A DNA stretch of 64,000 bases from assembly GCF_008709555.1 (NCBI RefSeq), contig NZ_VYIJ01000007.1:411-64410 (forward strand). Direction: 5' to 3'. Source of the stretch: Thermoplasma sp. GTDB lineage: Archaea > Thermoplasmatota > Thermoplasmata > Thermoplasmatales > Thermoplasmataceae. The notes under the pieces were generated by a model, which was not told the origin of the DNA, ran no database searches, and was given only the letters and a program-made list of their open reading frames with translations. Made by a program: the position numbers and the translations under genes. Of the stretch, positions 38,558 through 48,427 are shown one piece after another (positions within the stretch are counted from its first letter, which is position 1; the number at the start of each line of letters is the position of its first letter).

Positions 38558-40576
38558 TCAGGTTGCAGATTTCTGGCCAGAGGCATCCATACCCTGATCG
38601 TCGATCAGGTTTTCTCTGATTATTATGGCAATATCCTTGACCTGTACCTTATCCTCGACGTTCATGGTCCTTGCCGCATCAGATAGCATTGCGTTGCAGA
38701 ATGGGCATGCCACAGCCACGCTGGATGCGCCAGTCTTGAGCGCCTGATCCATCCTTATATGGCTTATGGATTTCTCGTTATCAACCCTGTACCAGTAGTT
38801 GCCTCCTCCTGCACCGCAGCAGAAGCTAGAATTCCTTGATTTCTCCATCTCGACAAGGTTCGCGGATGATGAGACGATGAACCTGGGATCATCGTAGACT
38901 CCATTTCCACGCCCAAGGTAGCATGGATCGTGGTATGTCATGATCGTTTCAGAGTTCTTCACCTTCAGCCTCCCCTCACGTATAAGCTGCGCCAGAAACT
39001 CCGAATGATGGATGACTTCTGCCTTTAGCCCGAACTCCGGGTATTCGTTCTTGAATGTGTTGTAGCAGTGCGGGCAAGATGTGACGATCTTCCTAACCCC
39101 GTACCTATTGAACGTCTCTATGTTTCCAGTTGCCAGAGTCTGGAATAGGCCTTCCTCGCCCATCCTCCTGGCGGTCTCGCCCGTGCATTTTTCTTCAGAA
39201 CCAAGGATCCCGAACTTCACACCGGCCCTCTTCATGAGATCCATAACAGCAATGGCGGTTTCCTTGGCCTTGGGATCGTAGGCGCCCATGCATCCGACCC
39301 AGTAAAGTACCTCCTTGTCCTCTGAGTACTTTTCCGCGTACTGCAGCAGGTCATCCCTGTCCATTGGCGAGCTTCCAAGCGGATTTCCCGTGTTGTAAAG
39401 GTTGGTAAGGTATGTTGTTGTCTCCTTGGAAACCCTGTTCTCCATGACCAGGTTGCGCCTAGTTTCGGTCACGAAATTGTAGGGCCTTATGAGAACAGGG
39501 CATTCTTCCACGCAGGCCATGCAGGTGGTGCATGACCATGCGGCGTTCTCTGTAAGTATGACAGGCACGATTTCCGTATCCGTACCAACAGTCTTCTTGA
39601 GGTTCTGCACCACGGCCCTTGGATCAAGCCCTGTGCCGGAGGCGTATGCTGGACATGCCCTTTCACAGCGACCGCAGTCTGTACATGCCATGGCCGCTGT
39701 CACGTACTCCAGAGAAAGCTCCTTCACATTCTTCGCCCCGACCTTCACCTCGTAGTTCCCTGAGGCCATGACCTCGGAGAGTATGAAAGGCGTACCTATG
39801 TACGAATTGCCGCGTATGACCGTCTTCGTTGCATGCGTCGGGGATAGCAGGGAATGGAAGAGCTTTGAGTATGGAAGGTAGAGGGCCACAAGGAATGCGG
39901 TCAGAATGTGGGCCATCCACAGGCCGCGATATACGGCTATGCCTGCCGGGCTTAAGCTTCCATACGGGAATATATAGCTCAGGTACCATTCCACGAACCT
40001 GTAAACATCAAATGACTCCCTGAAGAGCGCTATCTTCAATGCGCCAAGGAAGAATCCCTCAAGCGCAAGTATCAGTATGCCGGAGAGCAGTATGTAGTCC
40101 TCGGAGGTTGTGTGCATTGATACGAAGTTCGTTGCCCTCCTGGCTATGGCCATTATCAGGCCTATTATGAGGATTATGCCGCCTATCTGCGTGAATACCT
40201 CGAATATCAGGTAAAATGTTCCATAGAGTATCCCGACGCCTATGATAGGCTTCAGTATATCATGGGATAACGCGATAAGTGCTGTGGCTATGAAGAGTAT
40301 GACGAAGCCGTAGAATATGAACAGGTGCATGATGCCTGCATACCTGTTCTTGACTATTTTCCTCTGGAATATGGCGTAGCTGAAGAACTGCTTCACCATC
40401 CTCGGAAAATTGGATATAAGATATGACCACATCACCCTATAGTTGATTCCCTTCTTCGAATAGGATCTGTACCACATATAGATGTCGAATATGGCAACCG
40501 GAAATGATATTGAATAAAGTATTATGAGCTCTGGAATGGGGATGAATACCAGCGTTGGGCTTACGGGTATGGCCAT
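38558..40576 (-). CDS. Membrane Fe-S oxidoreductase (FadF/HdrD-like; candidate ETF:quinone oxidoreductase)
   Basis: N-terminal TM domain with His residues, CTDCGRCERACP and CTTCMACVEECP, two CCG-type domains. Confidence 0.88.
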   Translation of the reverse strand: MAIPVSPTLVFIPIPELIILYSISFPVAIFDIYMWYRSYSKKGINYRVMWSYLISNFPRMVKQFFSYAIFQRKIVKNRYAGIMHLFIFYGFVILFIATALIALSHDILKPIIGVGILYGTFYLIFEVFTQIGGIILIIGLIMAIARRATNFVSMHTTSEDYILLSGILILALEGFFLGALKIALFRESFDVYRFVEWYLSYIFPYGSLSPAGIAVYRGLWMAHILTAFLVALYLPYSKLFHSLLSPTHATKTVIRGNSYIGTPFILSEVMASGNYEVKVGAKNVKELSLEYVTAAMACTDCGRCERACPAYASGTGLDPRAVVQNLKKTVGTDTEIVPVILTENAAWSCTTCMACVEECPVLIRPYNFVTETRRNLVMENRVSKETTTYLTNLYNTGNPLGSSPMDRDDLLQYAEKYSEDKEVLYWVGCMGAYDPKAKETAIAVMDLMKRAGVKFGILGSEEKCTGETARRMGEEGLFQTLATGNIETFNRYGVRKIVTSCPHCYNTFKNEYPEFGLKAEVIHHSEFLAQLIREGRLKVKNSETIMTYHDPCYLGRGNGVYDDPRFIVSSSANLVEMEKSRNSSFCCGAGGGNYWYRVDNEKSISHIRMDQALKTGASSVAVACPFCNAMLSDAARTMNVEDKVQVKDIAIIIRENLIDDQGMDASGQKSAT

Positions 40577-40619
40577 ATTCGAATATGGGCTATGCGTATT
40601 TTAACCTTCTTTAACACAT

Positions 40620-41744
40620 TCAGTTTCCATCACGCTGGCTGAACCTCTTCACTGCACCACGCGCTGCCATCAGGAATCCAAGCCCGATGATTCCAGATAC
40701 CAGAACGAATATGAATGAGATGCTCATATTATATGAAAATATCAGGGCAAATATGGTGCTCCCGACGAAGCCTGAGATGGATTTTCCCGTGTAGAAAACG
40801 CCGTTGTTGGCGGTGGAGAACCTCGTACCGAACACATCGCCTATGTATGCGAAGTACAGGGATATCATCGATCCTCCAAAGAATCCTATGAAAACTATGG
40901 CTGGAACGTAATCCCTCATGACAAGGAATGCCGAACCGGCTATTATGAAGACATCGATTATGATGACGCTTGCTGATCTGCCGATCATGTCCGATAACCA
41001 CCCCATCATAGGCCTGCTTATTCCGCTGAGAAGTGGAAACAGCGATACTAGTACGGAGAACTCGAACAGCGGCAGATGGCTGCCTATGTAACCGAAGGAT
41101 GACGAGATAACCAGCAGAGGAACTGACCCGAAGACAAAGGAGATGTAGAGGATCCAGAATGCCGGGTTGGATAGGTTACGCCTCGGCCTCCCGCCCGTGA
41201 GGTTCGTGCCAGGATACCTTGTCATATAGAGAAGAACGGGCATCATGACCATCTCCATTATACCTATGATCAACATCGGCGTCCTGAAACCGGCTGCATG
41301 GACAAGAAACACATTGGCAACGCTCGATCCGAGCCCGAAGCCCAGGGAGACTATTCCCACCGCAAGCCCCCTTATATCGCTGTACCATTTCACGGCAAGG
41401 TTAGTGGCTATTCCGTAGAGTATACCTTCACCTATGCTTCCCATGGCCCATATGACGTAGAATTCGTAGATCGATCTGGACAGGGATCCTCCAAGAAAAC
41501 CCACTGCGGAAAGTACTGCAGATATGACTCCTATCCTTGCAGGGCCGTCTTTGTCCGCAAAATATCCGCCCACGCCCTGAAACGTGGTCGAGAACACCGT
41601 GAATATGGTGAAGGCAACCTCAACGTAAACGGTTGTTGTGTGAAGGCCTGAGGCTATCATGGGCTCAAAAACGTTCCATGAGTACTGGTAAAGCGAGTTC
41701 ATGGACATAACGACGAGCGCTATGACAAGATATCCCCGTTTCAC
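40620..41744 (-). CDS. MFS transporter, oxalate/formate antiporter (OFA) family
   Basis: YSWNVF, AVKWY..RGLAVG..GFGLG, GWLSDMIGR. Confidence 0.85.
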   Translation of the reverse strand: MKRGYLVIALVVMSMNSLYQYSWNVFEPMIASGLHTTTVYVEVAFTIFTVFSTTFQGVGGYFADKDGPARIGVISAVLSAVGFLGGSLSRSIYEFYVIWAMGSIGEGILYGIATNLAVKWYSDIRGLAVGIVSLGFGLGSSVANVFLVHAAGFRTPMLIIGIMEMVMMPVLLYMTRYPGTNLTGGRPRRNLSNPAFWILYISFVFGSVPLLVISSSFGYIGSHLPLFEFSVLVSLFPLLSGISRPMMGWLSDMIGRSASVIIIDVFIIAGSAFLVMRDYVPAIVFIGFFGGSMISLYFAYIGDVFGTRFSTANNGVFYTGKSISGFVGSTIFALIFSYNMSISFIFVLVSGIIGLGFLMAARGAVKRFSQRDGN

Positions 41745-41910
41745 GAAACTTCAATGCAATGTGTGTTCTAATTATTTGCCTTGATGCCATGAAATTCGAC
41801 ATTTTGCTGCATGTATCAATAAAAGATATTGATGCGAGCATTCTCCCTGCATGCCAGATTTCAAACGCGAAAAGGCAAACATTTATCTGTCCTCTCAACG
41901 TTGTATCTGC

Positions 41911-42480
41911 ATGGACGATCAGAACCTTCTGCAAACAATAAAGAACGCCGACATGAAGTCCGTAGAGGGAGCTTCCGATGAACTCTGGGATTACAGGGAT
42001 CAGTACTACAGGAATGCACTGATGATCTCAGCCATGTACGGAAGGACTGATCTGATCGAGTTCTTTGCAAGAAAGTACGATCATGTGGATGACAGGGACA
42101 TAGAGGGCAACACGGCGTTGATGTGGGCCGTGCGCAATAATCGCATTGAGTCGGCCCGGAGCATCATCTCCATGAAATGCAGTGTGGACTTGCCTGACAA
42201 TTCCGGCAACACGCCTCTGTGCTGGGCCATAATATTCGGATACACCGATATGGTTAAACTTCTGATCTCGTCCGGATCAAACATCAATGTTAAGAATGCT
42301 GAAGGGGATACGCCGGCAATACTTGCAGCCAAATACGGCAGGGTGCAGTGCCTGAAGATGTTGATCGAGGCTGGCTGCGATCTGAAAGCCAGAAACAATA
42401 CAGGCCAGAACGTCTGGAGAGCTGCAGAAGTTTTCGGAAGAAAAGAGATATCAGATCTTCTTGGATCATCTTTAAGATAG
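41911..42480 (+). CDS. Ankyrin repeat protein
   Basis: Repeats GNTALMWA, GNTPLCWA, GDTPAILAA at 33-aa spacing. Confidence 0.93.
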   Translation: MDDQNLLQTIKNADMKSVEGASDELWDYRDQYYRNALMISAMYGRTDLIEFFARKYDHVDDRDIEGNTALMWAVRNNRIESARSIISMKCSVDLPDNSGNTPLCWAIIFGYTDMVKLLISSGSNINVKNAEGDTPAILAAKYGRVQCLKMLIEAGCDLKARNNTGQNVWRAAEVFGRKEISDLLGSSLR

Positions 42481-42491
42481 AGGTGCTCAGG

Positions 42492-42923
42492 ATGGCTGAT
42501 GAGATGCATGTATATGAAGGCGATGTCTCCTGGATAGACGACAGGCGTACCGAGGTCTCGATAGGGGACCGCAGGATAGAGGTTGATTCTCCTCCAGAGT
42601 TCGGCGGGCCAGAGGGCCAGTTGTATCCTGAAACGCTGTTTCCAAGCGTATTGGCTTCATGCCTTCTCACAACATTCCTTGAGTTCAAGGACAGGATGGG
42701 TATAAATCTGAAGACATGGAACAGCCACGTCACTGCAGAGCTTGGGCCATCTCCTGAAAAGGGCTTCAAGTTTCACCGGATCCGGATACATGTGAAGATA
42801 GGCGTAAACGATGAGGACAAGGAAAAGATACCCAGGGCAATGCAGCTGGCGGAAAAGTACTGCTTCATATCCAGAGCGATAAGAAATAACGTTGAGGAAA
42901 TAGTGGAATACGAGTTCGTGTGA
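42492..42923 (+). CDS. OsmC/Ohr family protein
   Basis: PPEFGG, PETLF..ASC and AEKYCFIS two-Cys pattern; GAGGTG upstream. Confidence 0.92.
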   Translation: MADEMHVYEGDVSWIDDRRTEVSIGDRRIEVDSPPEFGGPEGQLYPETLFPSVLASCLLTTFLEFKDRMGINLKTWNSHVTAELGPSPEKGFKFHRIRIHVKIGVNDEDKEKIPRAMQLAEKYCFISRAIRNNVEEIVEYEFV

Positions 42924-42926
42924 TGA

Positions 42927-43547
42927 TCACAAGCTCTTCAGGAAGTCTACAGTTATTCTCACGAACTCATCTGGCTTTTCAATATACACAGGGTGTCCGG
43001 AACCGTCAACGATCTCCAGCCTTGATCCGGGTATGATGGAAGCATATTCCCTTGAAAGCGATATTGGTACGACATGGTCCTTTGACCCCCAAACCAGAAG
43101 CGTCTTCTGCGTTATCCTCTTCAAATCATCCCTCATGGATTCAACCCATGCCGGCGCAACCGCTATCACACCCTCAATCATCTCCGGGTACTGCAGCGCA
43201 GTCATGAGGACCATTCCACCACCCATCGATGCACCCAGTATGACCGATCTATCGATGCCGTTCGCCTTCAGGTAATCGTGTATGAACAGTGCCGCATGAT
43301 CAAGATCCCCCCTTGCTATTCCGTACCTTTCTGATCCAGACGATCTTCCGAATCCTGGGTAATCTGGGGCATAAACGTTGTATCCAACCTTCGAATAATT
43401 GCTGAAGAGGTCAGCCCTATCCCAGTCCATGGATGTGAATGAGTATCCGTGAAAGAGTGCTATATTCTTCTTGTTTCCCACCAAGACCTTCTTCCTGTGG
43501 AAAACCTTTGTCCCGTTGATATCAATAAATCCTTCCTCTACTTCCAT
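42927..43547 (-). CDS. Alpha/beta hydrolase
   Basis: FHG, DYPGFGRS, GASMGG nucleophile elbow, WGSKD, GH. Confidence 0.92.
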   Translation of the reverse strand: MEVEEGFIDINGTKVFHRKKVLVGNKKNIALFHGYSFTSMDWDRADLFSNYSKVGYNVYAPDYPGFGRSSGSERYGIARGDLDHAALFIHDYLKANGIDRSVILGASMGGGMVLMTALQYPEMIEGVIAVAPAWVESMRDDLKRITQKTLLVWGSKDHVVPISLSREYASIIPGSRLEIVDGSGHPVYIEKPDEFVRITVDFLKSL

Positions 43548-43637
43548 GATCGTGTATCCGGACTTCTGATTTCAATGATTCTATTTCATTGTTCATGAAT
43601 AATTCTGGCTGTTTTCCCAGAACAATGATTTCTATTA

Positions 43638-44747
43638 TCAGATGCTTGCCAGATCCCTTTTCAGCTCCTCTTCGTCTTCCCTGTAGCCATAAACGTAAAG
43701 ATAACGTCTCTCTATCGCGGAGTTGAGGGCATTGACCAGTGGTGATGATTCCTCGCCTGTGGCTATTTTGCCCTCCAGAAGAACGCCAACCTGTGTCTTC
43801 AGCCTCTCCTTTCCCCTGAAAGAGAGCGGTGGTATCACGTCCACTATGAACCTGTCCGATAGTGTGCCTTCAATATCCCTTTTGAGGCTTTCCTCGTATT
43901 TTACCTTGTAAAGAACCTTCATGAGCCTGCGGTTGAGTATGTTCTCCATGATGTCCCTTGATCTCGGGTCTGAGATGAGCAGATGCGTCAGTTCCTGATC
44001 ATTCATCATGTATGTGTCGTAGGCCTCTGACAATACGGCTGCCCTCTCAAGCATCCTATTGGCTATCCTGCACGTCTTGTGGAAGTAAACTGCCTGATAC
44101 ATGAGAAAGCGTGATATGAGAAGGCTTTCGATATCGGAAAGGCCCTTCTCCTCAACCACCATCATGTTATCATGGACGGCGGATACGCTGATTACGCGTG
44201 CGGGATTGACGAAGCCTATCGAGACCCCGCAGTAGAATGAGTCCCTCCGCAGGTAATCAAGCTCATCGGCGTCTATCGGGCCACTGACTACCTCGGACAG
44301 CACATTCTCTTTGCCTTCCAGGATCCTGATGACCTTTCGGGCATCAATGGAATGCCTTTCAAGTATAGACGGTATTTCGCTCTCGCGTTCACCGTTTATG
44401 ATCTTTATTCCCTCGCCCAGGTGATCCACGCGCCCGTTCCTGTAATAAAATTCCTCTATCGTGTGTGAGAATGGGAAATGGCCAACGTCATGAAGCAGTG
44501 CTGCAACGAGGGTCTCATCCGATCTTATACCGAGGTGATCAAGATACATGCCAGCCAGATGATATGTGCCAATGGAATGTTCGAACCTCGTGTGGTTGGC
44601 GCTTGGAAAAACCAGATAGCAGAGGCCGAGATTTTTAATGTACCTCAACCGCTGGAAATCCACGGTATCCATTATTTCGAGTATGGCACCCGACGCGCGT
44701 ATTGGCCCAAAGACCGGATCCTGCACTATCTTTGAATTCATGTCCAT
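43638..44747 (-). CDS. HD-domain phosphohydrolase (dNTPase/SAMHD1-like family)
   Basis: FQRLRYI, HTRFEHSIG, LLHDVGH, DADELDYLRRD, VYFHK; upstream ORF extension lies inside the SRP RNA. Confidence 0.92.
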   Translation of the reverse strand: MDMNSKIVQDPVFGPIRASGAILEIMDTVDFQRLRYIKNLGLCYLVFPSANHTRFEHSIGTYHLAGMYLDHLGIRSDETLVAALLHDVGHFPFSHTIEEFYYRNGRVDHLGEGIKIINGERESEIPSILERHSIDARKVIRILEGKENVLSEVVSGPIDADELDYLRRDSFYCGVSIGFVNPARVISVSAVHDNMMVVEEKGLSDIESLLISRFLMYQAVYFHKTCRIANRMLERAAVLSEAYDTYMMNDQELTHLLISDPRSRDIMENILNRRLMKVLYKVKYEESLKRDIEGTLSDRFIVDVIPPLSFRGKERLKTQVGVLLEGKIATGEESSPLVNALNSAIERRYLYVYGYREDEEELKRDLASI

Positions 44748-44752
44748 CAGAA

Positions 44753-45054
44753 GCCAGACACACCCGGTTCGGTCTGGGCGTCCTGTCAGGTACCCCCTGT
44801 TTCCTCTCACCCCCGCACCCCTCCAGCATCGAGAGTCCAAGGTGTCGTTGCTCCCTTCCGGGCCTGGCGCGTTCCCCTGGCAGGCCATAGACGCGTTCTC
44901 CTTTGAGATCGTGCCTATGGGCCTCCGATCCAGAGGGACAGGAGATCATTGATTCCGCAGGGCCTGGCAGAAACCCAGGTGGTCTCACCGGGCTGTCGCC
45001 CCCGCATCTAGACTTCGGGTACAGGGGACGCCTAACCCCCCGGCCAAGTCTGGC
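44753..45054 (-). ncRNA. ffs: Archaeal signal recognition particle (7S) RNA
   Basis: Terminal stem GCCAGAC/GTCTGGC, SRP54-binding helix GCCAGGCCCGGAAGGGAGCAAC, Alu-like TGTA motif, 302 nt, GC-rich. Confidence 0.93.
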
Positions 45055-45112
45055 AATAACGATATAAAAGAACCGGTAAAAAGCTTATGCATATGATTGG
45101 ATATAGATATGC

Positions 45113-45697
45113 ATGGATCTTTACAAGGAAGGAGAAGAGAAGTTTGGTCCTGTTTCATCATACTTCTACGGGATGATATCAAACCATTTCCTGCGCGATC
45201 TATACGCCATCATCGTTGACGACGTTGGAAAGTTCAAGCCATCAGCGATCCTTGATGTTGGTTCCGGCACAGGAACAGCGGATTATTTCATAGCGTCCGC
45301 CTTCCCCGATGTGTCCATTGACTGCGTCGATCCATCTCCGTACATGCTGAGCATTGCAAGGAAAAAGCTATCAAGGTTCGGAAATAGGATAAGAACAGAA
45401 CTGGGCAGCAGCAGATCTATACCTTTTGATCGGAAATACGATTTCATATTCACATCGATATCTTTTCACCACTGGAAATGCAGAGAGGACGGCCTGCGGA
45501 ACATGGCGCGGTATACCTCTAGGAAGGGTGTTGTAGCAGTTTACGAGTACTACAGGCCAAATCTGAGGAGCTTCCACAGGGCAGCCGGAAAACATGCGCT
45601 CACGATGGAGGATGTGGAGAGGCTGAACATAGAAGGTTTCACAAAGAAATATGAGATAAAGGGGGAGATGATGAGGATATTGTTCGAAAGGCTGTGA
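45113..45697 (+). CDS. Class I SAM-dependent methyltransferase
   Basis: ILDVGSGTG, VDPSPYML, SFHHW. Confidence 0.9.
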   Translation: MDLYKEGEEKFGPVSSYFYGMISNHFLRDLYAIIVDDVGKFKPSAILDVGSGTGTADYFIASAFPDVSIDCVDPSPYMLSIARKKLSRFGNRIRTELGSSRSIPFDRKYDFIFTSISFHHWKCREDGLRNMARYTSRKGVVAVYEYYRPNLRSFHRAAGKHALTMEDVERLNIEGFTKKYEIKGEMMRILFERL

Positions 45698-45698
45698 T

Positions 45699-47009
45699 CT
45701 ATTTCCTTTCCGTGGCAGGTATTTTTGAATAGTACCTGGAAGCAAAGTCGTTTTTATTGCAGAGTATGCCTCCAGATACCCTGCTTATCAGGTATATGGT
45801 CAAATAAGAGACGGTGAAGACGAACGCTGCAACGGCCATTATTCCCAGTACCTCTATCCCAAGCTGATGGACAGCTGCTATGCCGCCTCCGAAGAAGATC
45901 CCGTTGGGTAGATTGCCGTTTCCTGAGAGAAGGGCATATGAGTGTTGCGTGAAGAATGCTATCATGATCACGCCGAACAGACCTCCAGTGAAATGCCCTG
46001 GCATCAACCCAACCGGATCCGAGAACCATTTGAACCTTGAGAAGTACCTCTCCGCATATACGAAGATCGGGCCTGCTATTATTCCAAGTATCAGGGCGCT
46101 GAAAGGCGAAACAAAGCCTGCCAGAGGCGTTATCACTATGAGCCCCATCAGTATGCCATTGACCGCATTGATTATGCCGCCGGTTTCTCCATTGACAAAA
46201 TAACTAGAGGCGAGCGTTGAGAGCATCGCTGCGAAAGCTGCTATGAACGTCGTGGCAACCACTATCAGCGTATCATATGAGAAGGCCAACACGCTTCCTG
46301 GGTTGAAGCCAAACCAGCCCATCATGAGGAGAAGTATTGACAATGTGAGCATTGTATCGTTTATCTGCATTTTTTCCCTAGCGCTCTCCTTAAGGCCATT
46401 TCTCCTCTCTTCCTGCCATATCCTAACCATTAGGGCCAGGCCAGCAAACCCTGCGGCGCCATGGACCACGAGACCTCCGGCGAAATCCCTCATACCAATC
46501 CTGTACAGCCATCCCGTTGGATTCCATATCCAGGCAGCTGGGAGGTTGTATATAATCACAAAGTACACTATTGAAAATGCTACGAAGGAAGACATCTTCA
46601 TCTTCCGCAGAACGATCACGGAGACAAGCGCCAGCGTAACGGAGGCGAAAGCTGTTTCAAACATGAAATATGTGATGCCAAGAAGCCCAGTATCGAAGTA
46701 AGAGGAAGCCGTCGACCACCATACCTGTGAGAATATGGACGTGGATGATCCTATAGAACCGAGGAATAGCCCTGGCGAATAGAACGGGTTTCCTATGATA
46801 CCATAGATCGTTGGAGCAAATGCAGTGTTAAATCCGATTGCAGCCATCACTATGAAGGCAATCCCTGTTATGAGTATCGTTTTGTAGAGACTCCTCTTTA
46901 ACTGTTCACCCAGCTCTCCAACCTCAAGAAATCCGACCGCAATTGTCATCAGAAATACAAGGAAGGCCGCGAACAAAACCCAGAAGTTATTGATAATATT
47001 TACCGACAT
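45699..47009 (-). CDS. amt: Ammonium transporter
   Basis: DFAGGLVVH, GWFGFNPGS, second His in PGHFTGG, about 11 TM segments. Confidence 0.93.
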   Translation of the reverse strand: MSVNIINNFWVLFAAFLVFLMTIAVGFLEVGELGEQLKRSLYKTILITGIAFIVMAAIGFNTAFAPTIYGIIGNPFYSPGLFLGSIGSSTSIFSQVWWSTASSYFDTGLLGITYFMFETAFASVTLALVSVIVLRKMKMSSFVAFSIVYFVIIYNLPAAWIWNPTGWLYRIGMRDFAGGLVVHGAAGFAGLALMVRIWQEERRNGLKESAREKMQINDTMLTLSILLLMMGWFGFNPGSVLAFSYDTLIVVATTFIAAFAAMLSTLASSYFVNGETGGIINAVNGILMGLIVITPLAGFVSPFSALILGIIAGPIFVYAERYFSRFKWFSDPVGLMPGHFTGGLFGVIMIAFFTQHSYALLSGNGNLPNGIFFGGGIAAVHQLGIEVLGIMAVAAFVFTVSYLTIYLISRVSGGILCNKNDFASRYYSKIPATERK

Positions 47010-47277
47010 ATTATAGTGTAGCATTTATAAATAAAATAATTTTTCCTGAGAATGATTTGCATTTCACAGGAAAATAATTGCCGTGTTAATATATTCAATG
47101 GAAATATTTCTCAATGCCACCATTAATGTTCATGAATATTTCGCGGATATACATGCTCCCTGAGTCCTATTCAATGACGGATCGAACGTAATCATGGAAC
47201 AACCCGAATTCCTCACAGCTAAAGATAATGCAGCGATATATCCCTAGTTAATATATCATTTTATTCCTTATAATGAA

Positions 47278-48084
47278 TCATCCGCCATGCTTGAAATCAG
47301 GATACAGCGCCATTCCTCCATCAACGAGCAGTGTTGTACCTGTTATGTATGAAGCAAGATCGCTTGCCAGGAACACCGCAGCCTGGCCTATGTCATCAAC
47401 CTCGCCCAGCCTCGGCATGGCTATCTTGTCCAGCAGGTCTTTGAGCGACTCAGGATTGCCCCAGACATCTTTATTTATGGGCGTCTTTATGGCTCCCGGC
47501 GCTATGGCTACAACCCTGATCCCGTAGTCCGAAAGCTCCTGTGCAAGGGCCTTCGTGAACATGGACAATCCGGCTTTTGCGCTGCTGTATGCCGTGTAAC
47601 CTGACCAAGGAACGTATTCGTGTACCGACGTTATGTTTATTATCACGCCGCTCTTCCTTGGCTTCATTCTCTTAACAGCCTCCCTGGCGCAGTAGTACGG
47701 CCCCATGAGGTTTACCTGTATGACCTTCTCCCAGTCCTCAGGAACATCGTCGCCCACAAGTTCCCGTTTGCCGTCTATGCCTGCATTGTTAACAAGTATA
47801 TCTATGGGCCCAAAGCTGCTGTCTATTTCGGAGAAAAGCTTCATAACGTCATCCTTCTTCGAAACATCGCCGTAGAAGGACATCGCAAAACCACCGTCTT
47901 TCTTTATCTCGTTAACGATCTCATCAGCCCTGTCCTTTCCGCTGTGGTAGTGAACAGCTACCTTTGCACCTGCTCTGGCCATGTACTTCGCTATGGCAGC
48001 TCCGAGGCCAGAGCTCGACCCTGTGACCAACACTATCTTTCCGGTAAGATCTATGATGACCTTACTCTTTTTATCCAAATCCAT
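47278..48084 (-). CDS. SDR, glucose 1-dehydrogenase-like
   Basis: TGSSSGLG, NNAG, SVHEYVPW, YSSAK, PGAIKTPIN, DGGMALYP. Confidence 0.88.
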   Translation of the reverse strand: MDLDKKSKVIIDLTGKIVLVTGSSSGLGAAIAKYMARAGAKVAVHYHSGKDRADEIVNEIKKDGGFAMSFYGDVSKKDDVMKLFSEIDSSFGPIDILVNNAGIDGKRELVGDDVPEDWEKVIQVNLMGPYYCAREAVKRMKPRKSGVIINITSVHEYVPWSGYTAYSSAKAGLSMFTKALAQELSDYGIRVVAIAPGAIKTPINKDVWGNPESLKDLLDKIAMPRLGEVDDIGQAAVFLASDLASYITGTTLLVDGGMALYPDFKHGG

Positions 48085-48232
48085 GGCATATGCATCGCAT
48101 CTTAGGATTAAGCAGTATTCATGGTACGACAAAATTGCTACAAATGGCTGCCCGCTCAACAGCGTCATAACCTATATTTTACAGACTTCATGACCACCTA
48201 ACTTTTATATAACGAATTTGGATAGCCTGACT

Positions 48233-48307
48233 GGGCCCGTGGCCTAGCTAGGATAAGGCACCGTCCTTCTAAGTCGGGAATCGTGGGTCCAAATCCCACC
48301 GGGCCCG
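48233..48307 (+). tRNA. tRNA-Arg(TCT)
   Basis: GGGCCCG/CGGGCCC acceptor stem, CT-TCT-AA loop, T arm GTGGG-TCCAAAT-CCCAC; TTTTATATAA upstream. Confidence 0.9.
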
Positions 48308-48427
48308 CTTCTTTTCCATTTTATCAACAACATAAGGCTATGATCTGAGCAAACCCTGATCCGTTGCATTTCCAATCCGACAACGCGCAGGCACATGATA
48401 TTAAATCCTAGAAAATATGCCAGAAAC

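Noticed and set aside
43573..43636. Short direct repeat CAATGATT(T)CTATT and a Fur-box-like palindrome
   Set aside because: Two imperfect copies in AT-rich DNA; could be chance
44748..44988. N-terminal extension of the HD ORF and several short overlapping ORFs
   Set aside because: They lie in the GC-rich SRP RNA gene, which is poor in stop codons
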